From: an uncultured Peptococcaceae bacterium
GTDB lineage: Bacteria > Bacillota > Dehalobacteriia > UBA4068 > UBA4997
Direction of reading: 5' to 3'
NCBI GenBank assembly: GCA_965149945.1
Contig: CBCTTQ010000004.1
Span: 10,851 to 74,850 of the forward strand
Length of the DNA stretch: 64,000 nucleotides
Numbering within the stretch: the first letter of the stretch is position 1; every line of letters starts with the position of its first letter. Shown here one piece after another: positions 9,704-18,802 of the stretch. A program made the translations under genes and the position numbers. The notes beneath the pieces were generated by a model. That model ran no database searches and was not told the DNA's origin. It worked only from the letters and a program-made list of their open reading frames with translations.

Positions 9704-10741
9704 ATGGAAACGATGAATAAATGGGGAAAGTACGGTCTGATCGCTGTTATTTTAATCGGGATCGCGGCCGCGTTGACGGTAGGGGTCAATCGTGTCCAGG
9801 CGGAAGAAGACGCCGACAGTACCATGATGACTCTGGAATGGTCACAGATCAGCGAGACGGCTGCCAGAAACGATATGACGCTGGATGAAACATTGGATTA
9901 TTTTCAGCAGTATCAGGGAGAAACCCTCTACACGGGCGTTGTGTATAAAGAGCCGGCTTTCAGCGAGTTGGAAACCAGCGGTTTGATCAGCATTATGTCG
10001 GGCAGTGAATTTTTGCAGGAGATGAACAGCGGAAATTGGCAACTGCAAACGGACGGTGTGGAAATTTCCGAAACCTATAATTATATCGTTTGCTCTGATC
10101 AATCCATTATGGACATGGTATATGAAAATATTGCCATCAAAACGGATGCGGTAGTGCAGCAAATTGATGCTCTGAATAACGGCAATCCCGTGTTGATTGT
10201 GGGAACTTCGCTGCCTTTTGCTGATTTTTCCATCCTTGGGACAGGCTTCCCGGAAGAAAACTTGGAAATTTTGGCGGAACACGGTCTTTCTCTGATTGTT
10301 CAGGTAAAAAGCTGGCCTAATGTGGATCAGGAATCCATTAATATGGTATTTGACGATTTGGCGCGATGGGACAACATTGTGGCAGTGGGTTTCAATGATG
10401 AAAGCCTGCCCGGTGTTTCCCAGAGTGATTGGGCGGACTTGTCTCGATTGATGGCGGAAAAATTTGAGGAAAACCAATGGCCTTTATTGCAGGTGGAATT
10501 CTTCGGACAGGAAGGATTTTCCACCATGGCGCGCCTGTTGGATTATCAGGTGGCAAGACTGCACGCCGTCAGCTTGAATGAATTAGCGGAAGTTGATGCC
10601 AGCAACCTGATGGATCGTTTCCAGCTGGCAGCCAATGAACGGGGCATGAACATTATTCTGTACCGTACCAATTCCAATTTGAGCATGGAAGCTAACGCGG
10701 ATTTATTGGCGGAAGTGGATCATGCCATTATGGAAAAATGA
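9704..10741 (+). CDS. signal-anchored extracytoplasmic protein (resembles the N-terminal half of csaB-linked DUF5693-type proteins)
   Basis: ATG 9704 follows AGAAAGGAA. One N-terminal TM segment, then a soluble domain. Ends at TGA 10739-10741, in the same frame as the next ORF. Confidence 0.6.
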   Translation: METMNKWGKYGLIAVILIGIAAALTVGVNRVQAEEDADSTMMTLEWSQISETAARNDMTLDETLDYFQQYQGETLYTGVVYKEPAFSELETSGLISIMSGSEFLQEMNSGNWQLQTDGVEISETYNYIVCSDQSIMDMVYENIAIKTDAVVQQIDALNNGNPVLIVGTSLPFADFSILGTGFPEENLEILAEHGLSLIVQVKSWPNVDQESINMVFDDLARWDNIVAVGFNDESLPGVSQSDWADLSRLMAEKFEENQWPLLQVEFFGQEGFSTMARLLDYQVARLHAVSLNELAEVDASNLMDRFQLAANERGMNIILYRTNSNLSMEANADLLAEVDHAIMEK

Positions 10742-10747
10742 CGGGAA

Positions 10748-11686
10748 TTGGGCGATATGACGCCCATTGCCAGCGTACAGGTTCCCCTTTGGGTCGGGTT
10801 CCTGATTGCGTTGGGTACCGGCGCCGGCGGGGTTTTGCTGCTGGAGCGCTTAGGACTGAAAAAAATCGCTTGGATTTTGCCCGCTGTTTGCGTGGTGGGC
10901 AGTTGGGCGGCGATTTTGCTCGGCTATTCTTATTGGATGTATAAATTATTGGCGCTGGCGGCGGTGATGATTTTCCCGACGCTGGGCATGTTACTTTTTG
11001 TTAAAGCCGATCCTCGGGGCATCGGCAAGGCCATCCTGTCCTTGATTTTGATGACCTTCGTTTCTTTAGTCGGCGCTGTTTATGTAGTGGGGATGTTGTC
11101 CACACGGGATTATATGACAGCTGTCAATACTTTCTCAGGAATTAAATTCTCTTTGATGCTGCCGCTGGTGGTAGTGGCGGTGTACTATTGGTATCAATCC
11201 AATCGTCTGAAAGGATACGACCGCAATGTGGTGGTAATGATTCGCGACCTGTTGAAAAAACCGGTTACAATGGGTATTCTGTTGATTTTGGCATTGGCGG
11301 CGGCGGTTTTGGCGGTTTATTTGCTGCGTTCCGGCAACGACGCCATGACGGTATCCAGCGCGGAAAAAGCTTTCCGCAGTTTCTTGGATTCTACTTTGGG
11401 TGTGCGTCCCAGAACCAAAGAGTTCCTTTTCGCTCATCCCTTGATGCTGCTGGTGCTTTACTTGGGTTATCGCAAAAATCTTTGGCCGCTGGTGGTTTTG
11501 GGCGGCATCGGTCAGGTGAGCCTGGTAAATACCTTTGAACATTTGCACACGCCTTTGCTGGTGTCGTTGCTGCGTACAATCAATGGTTTGGTGCTGGGTA
11601 TCATCATCGGTGTGATTTTGATCCTCATTGTGCGGGCGGTCATGAAATGGGTGCGGCGAAAGTTGACGGAACCTGTCGCTCAGTAA
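10748..11686 (+). CDS. polytopic membrane protein (resembles the C-terminal half of DUF5693-type proteins); start ambiguous (TTG 10748 or ATG 10757)
   Basis: About 9 predicted TM helices and the motif GVRPRTKEFLFAHP. No clear SD. Same frame as the upstream ORF. Confidence 0.6.
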   Translation: MGDMTPIASVQVPLWVGFLIALGTGAGGVLLLERLGLKKIAWILPAVCVVGSWAAILLGYSYWMYKLLALAAVMIFPTLGMLLFVKADPRGIGKAILSLILMTFVSLVGAVYVVGMLSTRDYMTAVNTFSGIKFSLMLPLVVVAVYYWYQSNRLKGYDRNVVVMIRDLLKKPVTMGILLILALAAAVLAVYLLRSGNDAMTVSSAEKAFRSFLDSTLGVRPRTKEFLFAHPLMLLVLYLGYRKNLWPLVVLGGIGQVSLVNTFEHLHTPLLVSLLRTINGLVLGIIIGVILILIVRAVMKWVRRKLTEPVAQ

Positions 11687-11739
11687 CTTTAAAGCAGGCT
11701 GTGTAATCTGTGAAAACAAACGGATAAAAAGGATGTATT

Positions 11740-12780
11740 ATGAATCAATCAATTTTGCTTTCCGGTTATTTTGGCTTTGATAACGGAGGCGATGAGGCGG
11801 TACTTTCCGCTATTGTGAAAATGTTGCGAGAGTTATTGCCGGAGGCGCCCGTTGTGGCGCTGTCCGGGAATCCGAGCAAAACAGAAAAAGCCAATCGGGA
11901 ATATGATCTGAAGGCTATCGACCGCAAAAATTTTAAGTTGATTCAACATGAACTGCGAGGCGCCGGTCTGTTTATCAGCGGCGGCGGCAGTCTGTTCCAA
12001 GATGTGACCAGTGTGCGAAGTGTCTACTATTATGCTTCGGTGCTGAATCTCGCCCATAAGGCAGGAGTTCCGGCAGTGGTGCTGGCGCAGGGTTTAGGTC
12101 CGCTTAACACTTTTTGGGGAAGGCGGCTGACGAAAAAGGCTATGGGCAAATGTGCCTTTCTTTCCTGGCGAGATCGGGAAAGCTTGGAATTGGCGGTGAA
12201 AATCGGTTTGCCGAGAGAAAAGATGCTGCTTACTTGTGATCCTGTGTTGAATTGGGATCCCGATTATGCAGTTAAAAGCCATGATGGTAAACGAGTGGTG
12301 ATTGCGGTGCGTCCTTGGCAGGGATTGGCCAAAGACCAGATTGTCCAAGGGGCGGCCGAGTTGTTGGACGCGGCATATGAGGTAGTGTTGTTGCCTTTTC
12401 AAAAAGGGGTAGATGAAACATTGGCGGCGGAAATCAATGAAAAACTTCAAAACCGCTGTAAGGTTCCCGCTTATACCGGTCCCCTGCAATTGTACGGGGA
12501 AGTCGCTTCGGCGGATTTTCTGGTGGGGATGCGTCTGCACGCGTTGATTATGGCGCGCGGGGCGGGGATTCCCTGTGCCGCTATCAGCTACGATCCCAAA
12601 ATTGACAGCTTTGCCAAACGGGAAGCAATTCCCCTTTTGGGCACTGCTCAAGCGATACGGGGGCGCTCCATCGCGGAGGCGGTTCGGGCAGGTGGTCAGA
12701 ATCAAACGGGACCATCCGACTACAGCGCCTATTGGCAGCCGGTGTTGAAAAAAATTTCCGAGATTTATCGAAAAAACTAA
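11740..12780 (+). CDS. csaB: polysaccharide pyruvyl transferase CsaB
   Basis: N-terminal SGYFGFDNGGDEAVL and GGGSLFQDVTS motifs typical of CsaB. Lies next to SLH-protein and murJ genes. Confidence 0.85.
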   Translation: MNQSILLSGYFGFDNGGDEAVLSAIVKMLRELLPEAPVVALSGNPSKTEKANREYDLKAIDRKNFKLIQHELRGAGLFISGGGSLFQDVTSVRSVYYYASVLNLAHKAGVPAVVLAQGLGPLNTFWGRRLTKKAMGKCAFLSWRDRESLELAVKIGLPREKMLLTCDPVLNWDPDYAVKSHDGKRVVIAVRPWQGLAKDQIVQGAAELLDAAYEVVLLPFQKGVDETLAAEINEKLQNRCKVPAYTGPLQLYGEVASADFLVGMRLHALIMARGAGIPCAAISYDPKIDSFAKREAIPLLGTAQAIRGRSIAEAVRAGGQNQTGPSDYSAYWQPVLKKISEIYRKN

Positions 12781-12801
12781 TCAAAGTATAAAGGAGAAAG
12801 C

Positions 12802-14364
12802 ATGGGAAAAAGTATTGTTAAGGCAACCGGGGTCATTTTGATCATCAATATTTTGGTGAAGATTCTGGGATTTTTGCGGGAATCTTTTATCGCTAACGGC
12901 TACGGAGCCGGTACGCTGACGGATTCCTATCAGATTGCTTATACGATTCCTTATTTTTTGCAGGCTATTTTGGGATACGCGCTGGTAACGGCAGTGGTTC
13001 CCATTTTGACTAAACATCTGTTAAAGAATGACAAAGAAGAAGCTTGGTATGTGGGAAGCTGTGCCATCAATATTACGGCGCTGGGACTTTTCATCGTTAC
13101 TTTTTTGGGGATTTTGTTTTCGGGTGTTTTGGTAAATTTGCTGGCGCCCGGGTTTGACGCTCAGGAGACGGCTTTGACCACAGAGCTGACAAGAATCATG
13201 TTCCCATCGGTGATCTTTATGGGCGTGGGGATGGTTTTCACCGGCATTGCCAACGCGTCGTATAAATTCGGTGTGGCGGCTTTCGCACCCGGTTTTTCCA
13301 ATTTGATTATCATTGTTTCTGTTGTTTTATTTGCGTCCAGCGTCGGAATTTTGGGATTGGCTGTCGGTACTTTGGTCAGCTTCATCGGTTTTTTCCTGAT
13401 TCAAATTCCGGTGTTATGGCGGATCGGATTTCGTTATAGATTGGTTTTAGGATTGCATCATCCTGATGTACGGCAGATTATTCGAGACATATTACCGATT
13501 ATTTTGGGGGTTGCCGTTAATCAGATCTGTTTTGCGGTCAATCGTATTTTCGCTTCTTTTTTGGCGGAAGGAACCATTTCTTATTTGAATTACTCTAATA
13601 AATTGATGATGTTGCCCATCGGAATTTTTGTCAATGCCGTCGCTTATGCTATTTATCCGTCCCTTTCGGAGATGGCGCTGAAACTGGATTGGCAAAAGAT
13701 GGCGGGGACGCTGAAAAAAGGCATCGGTATGGTTTGCCTGATTGCCATCCCGGCGGCGGCCGGTTTGTGTGTCTTGGCGCAGCCCATTGTTCAAGTGGTG
13801 TACGAGCGAGGTTCCTTCGATCACGCGGCCACTTTGGCTACAGCTTGGGCATTGATGATGTTTACGGTGGGGCTGGTGCCTATCTCCGTCAACATGGTTT
13901 TGACTCGTGCCTTCTACGCGCTGGAAGATGTGAAAGCGCCGGTTAAAATCGGGGCTTTGATCATTTTGGTGGATGTTATTTTGAGTTTTGCTCTGTTCCG
14001 AGTAATGGATTACGGCGGCGCCGGTTTGGCGTTGGCAAATTCGCTGGCGTTGCTTACCGGAACCATCGGTATGTATTATTATTTGAAACGAAAATCCCTG
14101 CCGGCGTTGAAAGAGGGCAATTTACTAAAGTCGTTGGTGAAGATGTTCGCGGCGGCGGCAGTGATGATGCTGGCGGTATTGGGAGCGCGCTTCCTTTTGG
14201 CGGCGGTCGGTTTGGATACACTCACTACCCACGGCGCTCTGCTGGAAACTGTTGTCGGGATTTGCGTTGGTGTCGCGGTTTATGCTATAATGGTAATTGT
14301 GCTGAAATTGGAAGAAACACAGATGGTTCTGGACGCGGTGAAGAAAAAGCTGAAAAAATCGTAG
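12802..14364 (+). CDS. murJ: lipid II flippase MurJ/MviN
   Basis: 520 aa with about 14 TM helices. N-terminal ILGFLRESFIANGYGAGTLTDSYQIAYTIPYFL matches the MurJ signature. Confidence 0.88.
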   Translation: MGKSIVKATGVILIINILVKILGFLRESFIANGYGAGTLTDSYQIAYTIPYFLQAILGYALVTAVVPILTKHLLKNDKEEAWYVGSCAINITALGLFIVTFLGILFSGVLVNLLAPGFDAQETALTTELTRIMFPSVIFMGVGMVFTGIANASYKFGVAAFAPGFSNLIIIVSVVLFASSVGILGLAVGTLVSFIGFFLIQIPVLWRIGFRYRLVLGLHHPDVRQIIRDILPIILGVAVNQICFAVNRIFASFLAEGTISYLNYSNKLMMLPIGIFVNAVAYAIYPSLSEMALKLDWQKMAGTLKKGIGMVCLIAIPAAAGLCVLAQPIVQVVYERGSFDHAATLATAWALMMFTVGLVPISVNMVLTRAFYALEDVKAPVKIGALIILVDVILSFALFRVMDYGGAGLALANSLALLTGTIGMYYYLKRKSLPALKEGNLLKSLVKMFAAAAVMMLAVLGARFLLAAVGLDTLTTHGALLETVVGICVGVAVYAIMVIVLKLEETQMVLDAVKKKLKKS

Positions 14365-14409
14365 AAAATACAGAGGAAAAGAAGGGTTCCCCTTGAGGTG
14401 GATGAAGCT

Positions 14410-15432
14410 ATGGTAAGACTTTTAATTGCGGCGGCGGTATCGCTGGTGGTGGCGCTGATTATGACACCTGTCGCCAGAAAGCTGGCTCCTGTTGTGGGCG
14501 CTGTGGACAAGCCGGATGCCCGCAAGGTACACACCAAACTGATGCCCCGTATGGGAGGTTTGGGCATTTATTGTGGGTTTATGGCAGGAGCCATCGTTTA
14601 TGGTGGAATTTCTGTCCATACCATCGGTCTGTTGTTAAGCACCACCATAGTGTTTGCTGTGGGCATCATTGATGATATTAAATCCATCAAGCCTACGATG
14701 AAATTGTTGGGGCAGTTGATTGCGGCATTGGTGTTTGTTGCATTTGGCGGTTATATCAAATACCTCACCAATCCCTTCGGCGGCAACATTGTCTATTTGG
14801 ATTATTTAGGGATTCCTGTCACCATTCTGTGGTTGGTTGGAATCAGCAACGCCGTCAATCTCATCGATGGTCTCGATGGCTTGGCGGGGGGTGTCAGTAC
14901 CATTTCCGCCTTTACCATGGCGGTGGTGTTGTTGACTACCGGGCAGAATTTGGTCGCGGCCTTTTGCATTTGTTTGGCCTTTGCTACACTGGGTTTCTTG
15001 CGGTATAATTTCAGCCCCGCTTCCATTTTTATGGGAGATTCCGGTTCTTTGACACTGGGGTTTGTCTTGGCCGCGCTGGCTATTTCCGGCTGTGCCAAAG
15101 GGGCGACGGTGGTTTCGTTGCTGGTACCCATTTTGATTTTGGGGATTCCTATCTTTGATACGTTTTTTGCCATTTTTCGACGGGCCAAAGAACACAAGCC
15201 CATTTTCCAACCGGATAAAGGGCATTTACATCATCGGTTGCTTGCTATGGGGCTTTCCCACAAGCAGACGGTCTTGATTATCTATGCCATCACCATGGTA
15301 ATGAGTTTTGTCGCTATTTTGATGACCATGATCAGTAGTTGGATTGCTTTATTAATTCTTGTGATTTTTTTGGCGCTGTTGTTTGTGGGCGCTAACAAAT
15401 TGGGAATTATCAAACTTCGCGATGACGAATGA
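14410..15432 (+). CDS. glycosyltransferase family 4 (MraY/WecA/TagO-like undecaprenyl-phosphate GlcNAc-1-P transferase)
   Basis: Polytopic protein with the motif NAVNLIDGLDGLAGG. ATG 14410 is preceded by GAGGTGG. The track ORF begins at GTG 14398. Confidence 0.85.
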   Translation: MVRLLIAAAVSLVVALIMTPVARKLAPVVGAVDKPDARKVHTKLMPRMGGLGIYCGFMAGAIVYGGISVHTIGLLLSTTIVFAVGIIDDIKSIKPTMKLLGQLIAALVFVAFGGYIKYLTNPFGGNIVYLDYLGIPVTILWLVGISNAVNLIDGLDGLAGGVSTISAFTMAVVLLTTGQNLVAAFCICLAFATLGFLRYNFSPASIFMGDSGSLTLGFVLAALAISGCAKGATVVSLLVPILILGIPIFDTFFAIFRRAKEHKPIFQPDKGHLHHRLLAMGLSHKQTVLIIYAITMVMSFVAILMTMISSWIALLILVIFLALLFVGANKLGIIKLRDDE

Positions 15433-15554
15433 GCCTTGAGGAAAGTTGTAAAAAAAAACAAAGAATCCGATTTTTATAGCAGGAAAATTTAAAGGAATGG
15501 ATAATATATAACTATAAGTCGATTTTTTCTGTTCACGAAAGGAGAAGAAGTAAG

Positions 15555-16019
15555 TTGAATAAGGGAAAGATAGTTTTAATCATTGTTGCGATATTGGTTT
15601 GTGTAACGATTGGTTTTGTTGCCGGCCAGGTTGTTCAGGCCATGACCACTTTGCCTGGTTCTTCTGATGATCCTGTCGCGACAGAAAGCTATGTGGAAAC
15701 CACCATCGGTGAGAGATTGGCTACTCTGTCCACCAAAGTGGACGAATTGGAAGCGGAAGTCGCTTCTTTGCGGGGAGGTTCCACTGACGGCACGTCCACC
15801 ACGGACAGCAATGATGGAGATACAGCCGCTACCGGAGAAACATTGACCATTACAGGCAATAACGTAAACCTGCGTTCTGCCGCCAGCACCAACGGCGACG
15901 TCATCGCGACTCTTTCTGAAGGTACGGAAGTTACCCAAATCGGGGAAGAAGGCGATTGGTATCAGGTACGGACGTCTGACGGCCAAACCGGCTATGTCAG
16001 CAGTACCTACGCGGAATAA
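15555..16019 (+). CDS. membrane-anchored SH3b-domain protein
   Basis: TTG start behind AAAGGAGAAG. N-terminal TM, a short coiled coil, and C-terminal NVNLRSAASTNGDVIATLSEGTEVTQIGEEGDWYQVRTSDGQTGYVSSTY (bacterial SH3). Confidence 0.75.
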   Translation: MNKGKIVLIIVAILVCVTIGFVAGQVVQAMTTLPGSSDDPVATESYVETTIGERLATLSTKVDELEAEVASLRGGSTDGTSTTDSNDGDTAATGETLTITGNNVNLRSAASTNGDVIATLSEGTEVTQIGEEGDWYQVRTSDGQTGYVSSTYAE

Positions 16020-16051
16020 GTCGGCGCGGGAAAAAGAAACGTGTATATTGG

Positions 16052-16083
16052 GCGCAGCAGAGTTTCTGTTGCGCTTTTTTTTC
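16052..16083 (+). terminator. rho-independent terminator
   Basis: Stem GCGCAGCAG/CTGTTGCGC (one G-U pair) followed by T8. Confidence 0.7.
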
Positions 16084-16267
16084 GCAAAAAAAATGACCGT
16101 TGGCGGTATCTTGTGGTCGGGACGGGAAACGAAACTCCCGTTGCTTTTTTTGATGGTTTCTATGTACTGTTTCAGGAAAGCGAACTTAGCAGAAATAAAA
16201 TTTTGAGAGGAATTTTTTCGGCGGAAGGGACGCTGGTCGAATGGCCGCAAAGGAGAGGAAGCAGAAA

Positions 16268-17092
16268 ATGAACGCGAAAAATCAAAAGGAGCGGCAAGAG
16301 GATTTGCTGGCTTGGTTTGAAGAAGAGGAAACCATACGCGCGGCGGAGCCGACGCAAATTGTTACAGCATTGGCGGCACTGGAAAAAGCTTGTTTGGTGC
16401 AGGGGCTTCTTTTGCCTGAAACAGACGGCGCTCCTTGGGAGCGTAAATTGCTGCCGCTATTGGCGATAGAAGATTGGTTGGTTCGCGCCAAAACGTTATT
16501 GACTATCGGCCGCTTGGGAAACCCCGCCATTGCGCCGGAGATTATCCGTTGGCTGCGCCGGACGGAAGAGCCTTGGTGGCAGTTGCAGGGGTTAGACTGT
16601 TGGTGGCAATTGCCCGTTGACAAAAGGGAACAAGAAACCACCCTGCGTTCTTTGATTCAATGGGCGCGGCAGCCGGTGACCGTGCGGGGGTTGGTTTGGC
16701 TGCTGCGGCAGATGGGTACCAAAGGCGCCGCGGAGCTTTTCGTGGAGTTTGTTCTTACTAAAAAGACGATGGTGGTGAAAGCGGAATTTTTACATGACGC
16801 TTGGTTTATTTTGGCGGAAACGTTGACGCCGGCAGAAAAGGGCGAGTTGTTAACCCGTTATCCCGCTTTTCGAGTCTGGTTGAATTTTTGTTATCCATCG
16901 GAAAAGCCTGCGCACTATGGATTGTACCCAAGTCCCGATTATCTGCGGCAGCAGGCGCTGGCGCTGGGGGTGGACGGCGCCCTTTTGAAACGGATTTATA
17001 TCAAACCCAGAAAAAAAACAGCAATTTCTGCCCAAAGCCGGGACGCGGATTCGCAAACCCGGGGATCGGGCGAAAAGGGATCGTTGTCATAA
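16268..17092 (+). CDS. hypothetical Trp/Leu-rich soluble protein (possibly helical-repeat); no family recognised
   Basis: ATG 16268 is preceded by AGGAGAGGAAG. The 274 aa show coherent coding composition. Confidence 0.6.
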   Translation: MNAKNQKERQEDLLAWFEEEETIRAAEPTQIVTALAALEKACLVQGLLLPETDGAPWERKLLPLLAIEDWLVRAKTLLTIGRLGNPAIAPEIIRWLRRTEEPWWQLQGLDCWWQLPVDKREQETTLRSLIQWARQPVTVRGLVWLLRQMGTKGAAELFVEFVLTKKTMVVKAEFLHDAWFILAETLTPAEKGELLTRYPAFRVWLNFCYPSEKPAHYGLYPSPDYLRQQALALGVDGALLKRIYIKPRKKTAISAQSRDADSQTRGSGEKGSLS

Positions 17093-17226
17093 AAGGGAGA
17101 TAGGCAGAAAAACAGAGAAAAAGACGGAAAAAAACGATGTCAACCTGATACAAAGGTCATGTTTGATAAAATAAGATTTTGTTATAATAGCACTTACCAA
17201 GTTTTTTATTAGGGAGTGTTGTCGTT

Positions 17227-17415
17227 ATGCCTTACAAATTTTGTCCGAATTGTTTTTCTGTGTCGTATTCTGCCGCGGAACATCAAGTTTGGCTCTGTCC
17301 CGGCTGCGGCAAGGATATTTCCTTTATGCCGTCTCGGGAGGAAGCCTATGATTTGCGGGATTTGCTGCCTCATCACGATCAGCCGAAACCTTATCGGTTA
17401 CAAAAACTCAGATGA
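17227..17415 (+). CDS. small zinc-ribbon protein (62 aa), CPNC...CPGC
   Basis: AGGGAG lies 9 nt upstream of the ATG. Two CxxC pairs are spaced 19 residues apart. Confidence 0.5.
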   Translation: MPYKFCPNCFSVSYSAAEHQVWLCPGCGKDISFMPSREEAYDLRDLLPHHDQPKPYRLQKLR

Positions 17416-17548
17416 GGGTGTTTTGGGTCAGCTGATGAAAACAGCTGGGACAATAAAAGCGCCCGTGGTAACGAATGGGATATTCCAGACGGGATTCTAA
17501 ATCCCGCGCGATGGGCTTGCCGCACCAAGGACAATATTCCTGCCGCAT
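17408..17548 (-). CDS. small zinc-ribbon protein (46 aa), CPWC...CPSC; not in the supplied ORF track (below its length cut-off)
   Basis: Hand translation gives MRQEYCPWCGKPIARDLESRLEYPIRYHGRFYCPSCFHQLTQNTLI. A canonical SD (AAGGAGGTGA) lies 5 nt upstream of the ATG at 17548. The TGA stop is at 17408-17410. Confidence 0.6.
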   Translation of the reverse strand: MRQEYCPWCGKPIARDLESRLEYPIRYHGRFYCPSCFHQLTQNTLI

Positions 17549-17642
17549 AAAATCACCTCCTTTTTTGCTTATTTTGTAGCTTTGGCAGGATTCTATTCAT
17601 AGCTTACTAATAAGCGGAGTAGGATAGTAGCGGAGGTGCCTT

Positions 17643-18059
17643 ATGCTGAAGCTGGTCAGTCTGTGCATGGTGGTTCTGTATTTTTCTGTGTTAATTTATA
17701 TTAAATTTTATCGGGAGCCGAAGAGCAGGAAAGTGTTGCTGGTAATCAGGAGCAATGTAAATCCTGTTCAAGTGGAGTGGGTGATTTATAGTTTTCACCG
17801 TTTCTTTCAGCGTTATTATGCCAAAACCCAGTGGTGGTTACATTTAGAACGGGGAGAATATTATTATGAAAATCGCAAAATCATCCGCCGCCATGCCGGA
17901 AAATTCGGCTATCGAGTGTTTGAACGGTATTATCGACCGGGGGATTATGCGGCGATTTTTTTTGCTGATCCTAAAAATAACTTAGAGAATTGGACGTATC
18001 AATGTGCAAAAGAAGCGATGTCAGAGACAGGAAGCGAAGCGGGATGGAAAAGAAAATAA
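17643..18059 (+). CDS. hypothetical membrane-anchored protein, Tyr/Arg-rich
   Basis: GGAGGTG SD, one N-terminal TM, 138 aa. No family recognised. Confidence 0.55.
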   Translation: MLKLVSLCMVVLYFSVLIYIKFYREPKSRKVLLVIRSNVNPVQVEWVIYSFHRFFQRYYAKTQWWLHLERGEYYYENRKIIRRHAGKFGYRVFERYYRPGDYAAIFFADPKNNLENWTYQCAKEAMSETGSEAGWKRK

Positions 18060-18802
18060 AAAGAAAAGGATCTTGGCAGGTTTGGAAACGAGCGGTGCTG
18101 GATACCGTGTTTCCGTGGAGCGTCTGTGTGCTGTGCGGGAACCCTACCACCGACGATTCCTGCCTTTGCCCTCATTGTTTGGACAAGGTGCTGCGGATGC
18201 CTCGTTGTCGTTCCTGCGGGGCATTTCTATATTTGGATTCATGCAGAGATCATAGTTTTCTTTGTGCTTTTTGTCGCAAGGAGCCAAAACCGCAAATAGC
18301 CCATTTCTGGTCTGCTTTACCCTATGAGGAAAAAGGGCGGCAGTTGATTTTGGATTTGAAGTATAATCAAAAGAAAAATTACGCGCGTCCTCTCGGCAAT
18401 TGCCTGGCCTTTTATTTGGCGCGGGAGCATGTGACTGCGGATTTTTTGGTACCGGTACCTCTGCATGTTCACCGCTTAGCGGAAAGAGGCTACAATCAAG
18501 CGGCGCTTTTAGCAGAGGTGATCGGAACAGAGCTGCGTATTCCTGTATTGTCGGATGCTTTGGTACGTCATAAAGAAACGAAGTTGCAATTTTCCCTGTC
18601 TTTTTCTGAACGAAAACAGAATTTGACGGACGCTTTTTCTCCGGGCAGTCAGAGCGCGCTGGTAGCCGGCCGGAAGATTTTGCTGGTAGATGATATTTTG
18701 ACCAGTGGCGCTACGGCGCTAAGTTGTGCCAAAGTGTTGAAGAAACTGGGCGCTGACCGGGTGGAAGTGGCCACTGTTGCTGTCCATGCGGAAAAATGCT
18801 AA
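18044..18802 (+). CDS. comFC: ComF family protein (ComFC-type phosphoribosyltransferase-fold)
   Basis: N-terminal 4-Cys zinc finger CVLCGN...CPHC and a second set CRSCG...CAFC. PRPP-binding loop LLVDDILTSGATA. Start chosen at ATG 18044. Confidence 0.85.
   Translation: MEKKIKRKGSWQVWKRAVLDTVFPWSVCVLCGNPTTDDSCLCPHCLDKVLRMPRCRSCGAFLYLDSCRDHSFLCAFCRKEPKPQIAHFWSALPYEEKGRQLILDLKYNQKKNYARPLGNCLAFYLAREHVTADFLVPVPLHVHRLAERGYNQAALLAEVIGTELRIPVLSDALVRHKETKLQFSLSFSERKQNLTDAFSPGSQSALVAGRKILLVDDILTSGATALSCAKVLKKLGADRVEVATVAVHAEKC

Noticed and set aside
10739-10741. Selenocysteine or a genome-wide reassignment of TGA/TAG as the explanation for the two in-frame stops.
   Set aside because: TGA and TAG terminate many conserved genes here at the expected lengths (TetR, the SLH protein and the tagO-like gene for TGA; murJ, mfd and groES for TAG). 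The TGA context has no Cys/redox motif, and the downstream hairpin lacks typical bacterial SECIS loop features. I keep these only as low-probability options within the findings.
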